Assembly (NCBI GenBank): GCA_022825945.1
Contig: JAJDVS010000082.1
Location: 10,470 to 74,469 of the forward strand
Length of the DNA stretch: 64,000 nucleotides
Direction of reading: 5' to 3'
DNA from: Pseudomonadales bacterium
GTDB taxonomy: Bacteria; Pseudomonadota; Gammaproteobacteria; Pseudomonadales; Pseudohongiellaceae
Part shown: positions 38,168 to 45,627 of the stretch, piece by piece
Position numbering within the stretch: position 1 is the stretch's first letter
How the letters are laid out: each line of letters opens with the position of its first letter
The notes under the pieces: generated by a model
The model's database searches: none
What the model saw: only the letters and a program-made list of their open reading frames with translations
What the model was told of the DNA's origin: nothing
Position numbers and translations under genes: made by a program

Positions 38168-39195
38168 GGCGCAAGCTTATTGAATCTCGCGGTGGCGCGG
38201 GCCAGCTCCACCAGCAATTCCTCGAGCTGGCGCCAGTAGTCGGGTTCGAGGAATTCGGCCTTGCGGCCCCGCAGAATGAAAACCGAGCGTTCCAGTTGTT
38301 GCATGCGGGATTTCAGCGCCAGTGCTTCGCCGCCGAGATTGGCGGTTTCCGCCGCGGCGGAGTCGATATAGGCGATTTCCGCCAGGCGGCCGTCCGGGTC
38401 ATCGAGGCCCGGGCCGAGGCTGAACATGGCGTCGCCGTTATCGTCGAGCCCGGCGTGTTCCGAGGCGAGCCGGCCCTGGTCGGCGTACCATTGCTCGACA
38501 TTGGCCCGGGCGTAATTGAAGGCTTCCAGCAGGGACACCCGGTTGTTCTTGTCCAGGTCCCCGGCGCGGCCGTCGAGGGCTTCGATGAAGTAGCGCGAGA
38601 AAACCGGATCGTATTTTTCCGAAGCCGAGCGCGTGGCGGAAATCACCACCCTGCCCTCTCCCGAAAGAAAGGTGGAAAAACCGTAGCTCGCACTGGTGGT
38701 ATTGACGATGACCATGTCCTGCCGCGCGAAGGGTTCCAGCAATTCGCGGAACTCCGGGCCGGTGTAGTCCGGGCCGATGATATTGAACTTGGCTTCCCCG
38801 CCCTCGCCGGAGCCGTGACCGATGAGATAGACGGTAAGCTGGTCGCCGTCGCCCACCTGATCGCGCAATTCGCTGAATGCCGCGGCTATGCCGGCCCGGT
38901 CGCTGGTTCCGTCGAGCCGGTTGCCGGCATTGGGACCGGCCGCGTCCAGGTCGTGGAGCAGGGTGATGGAATCGGTGGAATAACCGTAGTCCCGGATGAG
39001 GATGTCGTGGAGCGAATAGGCCCATTGCCGGAATTGGGAGATACTGTCGGCGCCCACCGAGGGGCCGACGATAATCACCGCGTACTTGGCGGAATCCGGC
39101 GCTTCGAGGAAATAGTCGACTTCCATCGGAAGTTGCGCCCGGGCCGCGGAAGTCGCGAAAACCAGCAGTAGCAGGAGCGTTGGCAGCCGGTTCAT
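38164..39195 (-). CDS. Secreted caspase/legumain (peptidase C13)-fold protein with Ser at the catalytic Cys position
   Basis: ATG 39195 (ATGA overlap with the upstream stop) gives MNRLPTLLLLLVFATSAARAQ. YAVIIVGP..., TVYLIGHGSGEGG (His-Gly dyad) and MVIVNTTSASYGF align by eye to legumain MVFYIEACESGS. C-terminal coiled coil. Confidence 0.65.
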   Translation of the reverse strand: MNRLPTLLLLLVFATSAARAQLPMEVDYFLEAPDSAKYAVIIVGPSVGADSISQFRQWAYSLHDILIRDYGYSTDSITLLHDLDAAGPNAGNRLDGTSDRAGIAAAFSELRDQVGDGDQLTVYLIGHGSGEGGEAKFNIIGPDYTGPEFRELLEPFARQDMVIVNTTSASYGFSTFLSGEGRVVISATRSASEKYDPVFSRYFIEALDGRAGDLDKNNRVSLLEAFNYARANVEQWYADQGRLASEHAGLDDNGDAMFSLGPGLDDPDGRLAEIAYIDSAAAETANLGGEALALKSRMQQLERSVFILRGRKAEFLEPDYWRQLEELLVELARATARFNKLAP

Positions 39196-41492
39196 GACAA
39201 GCCCCGCAGCCGGCGCGTCATCCAGTCGATGCATAGCAGGCCCACGAGCAGGGCGAGTAGCCAGGGTTCGTCCCACAGGTCGATCTGCGTTTCCCGGGAA
39301 TAGGCGTTGGGGGTGAATTCGATGGCTTCGGGCAGTCCGCCCACCTCGTCGAGATCGAAATAGCCGCCGCCGGCGGCCTCCGCCATGCGGCCAAGGAGTC
39401 CCCGGTCCATGCCGGCATTGTTGAATTCGCGCAGGGAAGGCGTCACCACGATGGCGGCCTGCTTTTCGGCGCCTTCCTCGCCGACAGCGCTGGTCACGTC
39501 CACGAGCAGGTCGAAAACCCCTTCCTGGTCGGCAATGAAGGAAGAGCGGTAAATGCCGTCTTCCTCGATATTCCATTCCATGGGGGTGTCGGTGATTTCG
39601 TCCAGCGGGTTGGTGGTCTGGATCCACAGGCTGGCGTCATTGTCGGGCTCGTACTGTTCGTCGAGCACCCGGGCGGTGACCTGCACCTCGTCGCCGATAT
39701 TGTAGAACTCGCGGTCGAACTCCAGGGTCACCCGGTCCGGCGCCGAAACCGCGAGCCAGCGCAGCATCTGCCGCCACAGGGTTTCGTGTGAGGTATCTTC
39801 CGAGTCCATCATCATCTGCCAGCGCCAGGTGCTCGCGGTGGTGAGCGACAGGACCCGACCGCTGCCATAGCGCTGGGTAACGATCACCGGCAGGGCCTGG
39901 TTCCGGTATTGCAGCGCCGGATGTTCCAGCAGCACTTCGGCCCCGGGCTTGATGCGGCCGGTGACGTACACTCCCTGCAACTGTGGCAATTGCGACCAGG
40001 CGAATCGGTTTTCGGCGTCTTCCCCGGCGAGCCGGAGCAGCGGTGAAAACTCGCCGTTGCGGGTCAGGCGCGGAACGAACAGTTCGCCGCTGGGGTGGTC
40101 GCCCCGACGTATGCCGCCGCGCAGGGGATTGGGCAGGAAATTCTCCTCCACCAGGGTCACCGGCAGTATGTCCACCAGCGGAGTGCCGATGAATGCCTCA
40201 TCCACCATGCCGCTTTTGAGCAGGCCGCCGCCACGCTCGGCGACAAAGCCCTCGATCATCCGCAACTGGTCGTCGTTGAAGAACTCCTTTTCGATATCGC
40301 CGAGGATGATCGCCTCGTATTCGTACAGCGTCTCCCGGCTGCCGGGAAAGCCTTCGGCAAGCTCGGTGGGCGATTCGATGCCCTGGCGATAGAACTTGCC
40401 GGGGCCGGTTTGCAGATAGGTCGCCAGCCGCAGGGATTCGTCATCCTCCACCGCCCGGCGGATGAACTTGTATTCGTTGCGCGGATGACCTTCGAGATAG
40501 AGGATGTCCAGGGGCGGTTTGTCGGTATTGTCCACCAGAAAGCGGTAGCTGTTGTTGCGGGTGATGATCTCGCCGGGCTGAACGCCCACCCGCAATTCGT
40601 AAACGATGCGCTCGGCGCGTTCCGGGGTGACCTCAAGACTGAAGCGCCGGGATACGCCCGCGGCGCCGAGGCTGACCACCTCGCTGCTTACCGCGGCGTC
40701 GCCGTCGAACACCGCGAGTTCCACTTCCTGGCCGGCGAATCCCTGGTGGCGCAGGGCCGCGGTCACGGTGAAGACCGAACCTTCGAGCACGGTGCGGGCG
40801 GCGCTGACGTCCACAATGCCGATATCGAGTGGAATGTCTTCCTGACCCACGCCCACGGTGAAAACGGGAATCCGGCGGTTGCCGAATTGCCGGGCGGCGA
40901 TGATCGGGTCGCTATTGCTGTTGTCGGCGCCATCGCTGACGAGCACCACGCCGCCGAGGGGAAGCCCGTCAAGCTGACCGGCCACGGCTTCCAGGGCCTG
41001 GCCGATGGCGGAACCGGCGCCGGATTCGCCGAGCGCGCCGTCGCTTTCGCCCGGCGCGACCCGGCGGATGGTCTGGTCGAAGGCGAAGCTGCGAAGCTGG
41101 AAGGATTCGGCGAGTTCATCCATCACCGGGCCGGCGAGAAAGGCGTCCGCCGCAGCCGCTGCCCGGCTGCGACCGTCCATGTCGGCGATGGTCATGCTTT
41201 GGGAATTGTCGAGCAGCACGGCGAGATAGGTATCCTGGGGCGAGACCTGGCGCGTGTTCACCACCGGCCGCAGCAGGCAGAACAGGATCAGGACCAGCGC
41301 CAGGGAGCGCAGCCCGATGAACCAGGCTTTCCAGACCGGCGACAGCGGCCGCGTGGTGCGGTAGTAGCTCAGCCAGACCGCGGCGACAACGAGCAGGGAA
41401 ATGAGCCCGAACAGCCACGGGCTGACGCCATGGGCAAAGCTCAGATTGCCTTGTTGCAGCGCGGACAGCAGCGTGGGCTGGGTGACTTGCAT
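39192..41492 (-). CDS. Membrane-anchored VWA domain protein with amidotransferase-like C-terminal domain
   Basis: Two N-terminal TMs. VWA with MIDAS VLLDNSQSM and VVLVSDGADN. The ThuA/GATase1-like region is suggested by ILYLEGHPRNEYKFIRRAV and YEAIILGDIEKEFF...GFVAERGGGLL. C-terminal TM WLLALLVGLLCIDWM. Confidence 0.78.
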   Translation of the reverse strand: MQVTQPTLLSALQQGNLSFAHGVSPWLFGLISLLVVAAVWLSYYRTTRPLSPVWKAWFIGLRSLALVLILFCLLRPVVNTRQVSPQDTYLAVLLDNSQSMTIADMDGRSRAAAAADAFLAGPVMDELAESFQLRSFAFDQTIRRVAPGESDGALGESGAGSAIGQALEAVAGQLDGLPLGGVVLVSDGADNSNSDPIIAARQFGNRRIPVFTVGVGQEDIPLDIGIVDVSAARTVLEGSVFTVTAALRHQGFAGQEVELAVFDGDAAVSSEVVSLGAAGVSRRFSLEVTPERAERIVYELRVGVQPGEIITRNNSYRFLVDNTDKPPLDILYLEGHPRNEYKFIRRAVEDDESLRLATYLQTGPGKFYRQGIESPTELAEGFPGSRETLYEYEAIILGDIEKEFFNDDQLRMIEGFVAERGGGLLKSGMVDEAFIGTPLVDILPVTLVEENFLPNPLRGGIRRGDHPSGELFVPRLTRNGEFSPLLRLAGEDAENRFAWSQLPQLQGVYVTGRIKPGAEVLLEHPALQYRNQALPVIVTQRYGSGRVLSLTTASTWRWQMMMDSEDTSHETLWRQMLRWLAVSAPDRVTLEFDREFYNIGDEVQVTARVLDEQYEPDNDASLWIQTTNPLDEITDTPMEWNIEEDGIYRSSFIADQEGVFDLLVDVTSAVGEEGAEKQAAIVVTPSLREFNNAGMDRGLLGRMAEAAGGGYFDLDEVGGLPEAIEFTPNAYSRETQIDLWDEPWLLALLVGLLCIDWMTRRLRGLS

Positions 41493-41494
41493 GC

Positions 41495-44400
41495 TCAGCG
41501 CGCCGAATCGCCCGAACCCTGCTGTTCCGACAGCACGCGGTAGTACTCCTGTACCAGGCCGCGGTATTCGTCGGGGATGTCCTCCTCGATGGTGGCGTAC
41601 AGGCGGTTGTTGATTTCCTCGAGTTCGGCCTGGGCGCGCAGGGCGCCTTCGAGTTCGATGACCGGCTCGAGCAGGGCGCGGAACAACTCGGGCTGGTTGA
41701 GAAAGTCCTCGATGTCCTGGCGGGTGATTTGCCGGGTCACCGAACGCGCATCGCCCCAGGGCAGATTGCCGCCATCGGTGCGGATTTCGCCGCCGGGGCC
41801 ATGGCGGTCGGTGCCGGACTGGCGCAAATCGCCGTTCCGGTTGCCGCCCCGGGCCTGCCCGCCAGCGCCTTGCTGGGCCTGCTGCCGCATCTGCTGGCTG
41901 ATTTGCCGGGCGAGCTGGCGGGATTGCCGCAACTGCTCGCGCAATTCACCCACGCCGGGCATGCCGGGGCCGGGCCGGTTGCCGTTTTCATTGAGCGCCT
42001 GAACCTGGCTTTCGAGTTCCTGCAACCGCTCGCGCAACTGCCGGGCGTCCGCCGCCGCCTGCTGCAGGGGGTTGCCTGAAGCCTGGGCCGGGTCGAGCGC
42101 CGCGAGGCTTTGGGCCAGGTCCTCGATCTGGTCTTCCACGGTCTGCTCGATATCCGCGGCGAGATTGACCATGCCATTGCGCAGGATGCGGTTGCTGGTC
42201 TGCATTTCTTCCTGGATGGGGCGCAACTCCCGGGTCGCCTGCTGGGCCTGGGAAAGCAGCCGCTGATCCTCGTTGCCGCCCCGGGCGATGACCGCCCGCA
42301 GCATGTCCTCGATTTCCTCGATTTCCTGTTGCCGGCGCTGCTGGACCTCGATCAGCTCGTCGAGATCAGCGTCATTGCGCACCGATTGCCGGGTCTGGCC
42401 GAGACCCATTTCCCGGCTGGCCTCTTCCATGGCTTCCCGCAGCTCGCGCTGTTGCTCAAGCAATTGCTGGCCGCGCTGACCGAGATTGCGCGCCAGTTGA
42501 TTCACCGAACGATCCGCCTGCTCGCCGAGCTGCCGCTGCTGGCGGCGCAGGTTTTCCAAAGCCTTCTGGCTTCTGGCGGCGGCGATGGAGGGCGATTCCG
42601 CCGCGGCTGCGTCCCGCATCTGCCGGGCCGCCTGCCGCAGCGCCTCGGTCTGCCGGGCGCCGCCGCTTTCGCCCTGGGAACTCTGGCCCCGGGAGGCGCT
42701 GGCGCTTTGCTGGCCCCGGGACATCTGCCGGGCGAGTTGCTGGACTTCCTGGCTCAGTTGCTCCTGCTGGCGCATCAGCCTTTCGAGTTCCCTGCGCTTT
42801 TGCTCTTCGGTCAATTGTTCCGCGCGACGGGCGAGATTGCGCTGGGCCCGGGTCAGGCCCTCCTGGCGCCGGGCGAGTTCCTCAAGCTGGTTGGCTTCTT
42901 CCTGCTGCCGGGCGCTCTGGCCCCGGCTGTTGGGATTTTCATAGCGGTTTTCCAACTGGCCAAGCTCCATTTCGAACAGTTCGCGCAGGTCTTCGCGTTC
43001 CTGCCGGGCTGCTGCGCCGCCACCGCCGCCTCCCTGCCGCATGCTGATTTCGGTGCGGTTGATATTGGCTTCGGCCTTGAGGATGTATTGCAGCGCAGCC
43101 TGTTCCGGTTGCAGGGCGCTGGTGACCTGGAGCAGGTCCAGCTCCGCCGCCGCGAGATTCATCTGATCTATGGCCAGGGCGAGGTTTTCCACCGCCTGGT
43201 CGTAGGAGTCGTCGGAAAAATTGAGCCTTTCCGACAGCCGGTCAATCGACATGCGCGCCTGGCGGGTGGCTTCGAGCTGGGATTCGGCGATGATTTCGGC
43301 GTCGGCGGCGAACTCTTCGGGCGCCGCCCGGGACTCGCGGTTCTTGAGCTTCCAGGTTGCCGCGATGATGTCTTTCTGGATATTGACCAGGGCGCTGCTG
43401 TCTCCGCCCTGACCGCCGCCACCTCCGCCGCCGCCCTGGTTGCGGCGGAATTCCTGGTCGGTGGGAATGACCTGGAGAAAGTAGATATCGGAAATCACCT
43501 CGCTGGGACCGTCGAGGCCGTTATTGTCCGCGAGGGTGAGATAGTAGCTGACGAAATCGCCGGGCTCCACGGCCAGGTCCTCGAGATAGATCAACTGCTC
43601 GCCGGATACGCTGCGCACTTGCTCTTCGGGGAGGAAGTCCACCTCCGCCTCGTCCTGCCCCACCACACTGTAATGGAGATTGAAACGGGTCAGGCCGTAG
43701 TCGTCGCTGGCGTCTACTTCAAGGATGACTTCCTCCAGGGGCATGACATCCTGATCCCTGCCCGGGCGGCGCAGGGCGAGCTCCGGAGGTTGGTCCACGA
43801 TGGCCCTGATGTAGTAGTCGAGCGGATCGCTGCTGGCAAGGCCGGAATGATCCACCGCCCGCACCCGGTACACGCCGTCCTGGCTGAGCGTGAAGGAGGC
43901 GGCGCCGGTATTGCCGTCGATGTTGAGCGGCAGGTCGGGCATGTCGGCGCCTTCCGCGGCGGGGTCGAATTCGAGCCGGGCCTCGGCCACGGCCTTGTTG
44001 AAGCCCACGGTGATTTCCACCGCGCTGCCCACCGGGGCGATCAGGTCGCCGCCGTCTTCTTCGAGCAGGTCTTCCATACCGGTGTATTCGGGATAATCGA
44101 AGGCCACATCGATTTGTTCCACCCGGGGCAGGTCAAATACGCTGATGCGGTACTGGCGGGAGTTTTGGGTATCGCCCTGATCGAATGTCACATAATAGGT
44201 GGTGTCTTCCATCAGGCTCGGGATGTAGTAACTGAACGCGGCGCCGTCGCTGCCGCCGCCGTCCCGCCTCATGGCCACATCGCGCCAGTTGACGTTGTCG
44301 TCCTGCAGGCGCAGGGTCACAGCCTCCGGGGCGGCGCCGCTGACCCGGGCCGCAACGGTAAGGCCGTCGCCGCGCTGCAATTCCATATCGCCCGGTTCGA

Positions 44401-45022
44401 TGAGAATCTCGATCACCGGCGGCGGCTCGCCCTGCATCACGATTTCAGCGGCTTCGAACGGCCAAAGCAGGCGACTGAAGGAATCCCTGAGGGTTCCCGA
44501 TGTCAGCAGGACCACCGAGACCGCGAGCACGGCGCCCGCCGACAGCCCGAAACCGAGCCAGGAGCGACCCACCGGGGTAATCGATTCCATTTCCCGCTGC
44601 TGGCGCAGCATTTGCCGCTCGGCGTCCTGCCACAGGCGGGCAATGAACTGCCGGGACACGCCCCGGCGGCCAAAACGCAGTTCATCCTCGCTGAATTCCA
44701 GGGAAGTCAACAGGCGCTGTTCCAGATCGGGGATATGGTCTTCCACATAATGCGCCAGACACTGGTGGGTCGCATGGCGGCGGCGCAGCACGCCGAACAG
44801 CCGCCAGCCCAGTGCGCCGATGGTTCCCAGCAGCGCCGCGAGCATTGCCAGGCTCGCCAGGGGCGCTGGCTGCAACTCGCTGAACAACAGGGTAAAGCTG
44901 AATATCAGCAGGGCGCTGACGGCGCAAAACAGGCTGAGTTGGCGCAATGCAAAAAAGGTGCTGCGGCGGCGGCGGAGGTCTTCGAGAGTGGCGTGCAAGC
45001 TGTCGAACGTGGGATGCGTCAT
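41495..45022 (-). CDS. 1175-aa membrane protein with Ig-like beta region, poly-Gly tracts and ~550-aa Q/R/E-rich coiled coil (DUF4175-like)
   Basis: ATG 45022 lies after GGAG. TMs FALRQLSLFCAVSALLIFSFTLLF, LASLAMLAALLGTIGALGW and WLGFGLSAGAVLAVSVVLL. Also HYVEDHIPDLEQRLLTSLEF, the GGGGGGGGQGG tract, and C-terminal EDIPDEYRGLVQEYYRVLSEQ. Confidence 0.78.
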   Translation of the reverse strand: MTHPTFDSLHATLEDLRRRRSTFFALRQLSLFCAVSALLIFSFTLLFSELQPAPLASLAMLAALLGTIGALGWRLFGVLRRRHATHQCLAHYVEDHIPDLEQRLLTSLEFSEDELRFGRRGVSRQFIARLWQDAERQMLRQQREMESITPVGRSWLGFGLSAGAVLAVSVVLLTSGTLRDSFSRLLWPFEAAEIVMQGEPPPVIEILIEPGDMELQRGDGLTVAARVSGAAPEAVTLRLQDDNVNWRDVAMRRDGGGSDGAAFSYYIPSLMEDTTYYVTFDQGDTQNSRQYRISVFDLPRVEQIDVAFDYPEYTGMEDLLEEDGGDLIAPVGSAVEITVGFNKAVAEARLEFDPAAEGADMPDLPLNIDGNTGAASFTLSQDGVYRVRAVDHSGLASSDPLDYYIRAIVDQPPELALRRPGRDQDVMPLEEVILEVDASDDYGLTRFNLHYSVVGQDEAEVDFLPEEQVRSVSGEQLIYLEDLAVEPGDFVSYYLTLADNNGLDGPSEVISDIYFLQVIPTDQEFRRNQGGGGGGGGQGGDSSALVNIQKDIIAATWKLKNRESRAAPEEFAADAEIIAESQLEATRQARMSIDRLSERLNFSDDSYDQAVENLALAIDQMNLAAAELDLLQVTSALQPEQAALQYILKAEANINRTEISMRQGGGGGGAAARQEREDLRELFEMELGQLENRYENPNSRGQSARQQEEANQLEELARRQEGLTRAQRNLARRAEQLTEEQKRRELERLMRQQEQLSQEVQQLARQMSRGQQSASASRGQSSQGESGGARQTEALRQAARQMRDAAAAESPSIAAARSQKALENLRRQQRQLGEQADRSVNQLARNLGQRGQQLLEQQRELREAMEEASREMGLGQTRQSVRNDADLDELIEVQQRRQQEIEEIEDMLRAVIARGGNEDQRLLSQAQQATRELRPIQEEMQTSNRILRNGMVNLAADIEQTVEDQIEDLAQSLAALDPAQASGNPLQQAAADARQLRERLQELESQVQALNENGNRPGPGMPGVGELREQLRQSRQLARQISQQMRQQAQQGAGGQARGGNRNGDLRQSGTDRHGPGGEIRTDGGNLPWGDARSVTRQITRQDIEDFLNQPELFRALLEPVIELEGALRAQAELEEINNRLYATIEEDIPDEYRGLVQEYYRVLSEQQGSGDSAR

Positions 45023-45097
45023 GTTGACTCCGCCATTTGCGTTTGCCCCGGCGCCGGCATCCGGGCGGGGATTTCCGGCGGCGTTCGGCCCAAGTCA

Positions 45098-45127
45098 AAT
45101 ATCCCACCAACGCGCCAGTGATTGCAA
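45098..45127 (-). promoter_or_regulatory. Candidate sigma70 promoter of the eight-gene operon
   Basis: On the minus strand, TTGCAA (45127-45122), an 18-bp spacer, then GATATT (45103-45098). It lies ~75 nt upstream of the ATG at 45022. Confidence 0.3.
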
Positions 45128-45206
45128 GCGCGGTTGGGGGCCGGCTCGCCCCGGCCGCGGTATCGGTCAGCATGGCCACGGGCGCGGATTTGGCTCATGG
45201 CGCGGC

Positions 45207-45373
45207 CCAGGAGCCTGCGCCGTAGGAATTCGCGAAAGCGAAAATTCGCTATCGCCGCGCCCCTGGCTGATCGATTGAGGCGAATATTGGTGGATATGCA
45301 ACGAAATCGAGCGGCCGGGGGCGTGGATGAGAGCGCATTTGCAGCCGTGAATTCCTACGGCGCAGGCTCCTAG
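45207..45373 (+). mobile_element. MITE-like non-autonomous element, full copy (167 bp)
   Basis: Terminal inverted repeats of ~25 bp: CCAGGAGCCTGCGCCGTAGGAATTC ... GAATTCCTACGGCGCAGGCTCCTAG. Internal hairpin GAATTCGCGAAAGCGAAAATTC. No coding capacity for a transposase. Confidence 0.75.
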
Positions 45374-45416
45374 GTATTCTCTGAAAAACTCCATCCGTGG
45401 AGTTTTTCATTATCGC
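45370..45416 (-). repeat. 47-bp hairpin unit, exact inverted copy of 17604-17650
   Basis: CTAGGTATTCTCTGAAAAACTCCATCCGTGGAGTTTTTCATTATCGC is the exact reverse complement of 17604-17650. It shares the CTAG with the MITE end. Confidence 0.8.
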
Positions 45417-45419
45417 TTT

Positions 45420-45503
45420 CGGCGTCTTGTCGACGTGACAGCAACTGTCCTCCCGGAGGGTGCGGAAGCTCTGGATGCCGATGGGTGGCTGGCGGCGCTG
45501 CAT
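45420..45503 (-). pseudogene. Remnant (first ~28 codons) of an AAA-ATPase-like / PD-(D/E)XK family gene
   Basis: MQRRQPPIGIQSFRTLREDSCCHVDKTP matches the conserved N-terminus of that family (PIGIQ-F--LRE----YVDKT). The reading frame then runs into repeat DNA. About 88% DNA identity to 58171-58254 by eye. Confidence 0.6.
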
Positions 45504-45566
45504 GACGGAGTCGGGTTTGGCAGATTCGGGTTCCAGGAATCATGTATGCTGAACCCGCACAGGCGT

Positions 45567-45595
45567 TTGCAACTTATGCATAATGATATTACATT
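45567..45595 (+). promoter_or_regulatory. Candidate sigma70 promoter for the MFS transporter gene
   Basis: TTGCAA (45567-45572), a 17-bp spacer, then TACATT (45590-45595). It lies ~33 nt upstream of ATG 45628 in an AT-rich patch. Confidence 0.4.
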
Positions 45596-45627
45596 AGGTC
45601 TAACTTGTCGTTGCCGGGAAAATCTCC

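Noticed and set aside
30898-45121. Plus-strand ORFs inside the MoxR/VWA operon (30898..32049, 33572..34549, 34528..35658, 36017..38239, 38146..39171, 40095..41543 and 42110..45121, up to 1003 aa)
   Set aside because: Every one mirrors a minus-strand gene with clear domains. Their products are repetitive G/A/L/Q/H-rich strings; in particular the 1003-aa ORF is the antisense of the coiled-coil gene.
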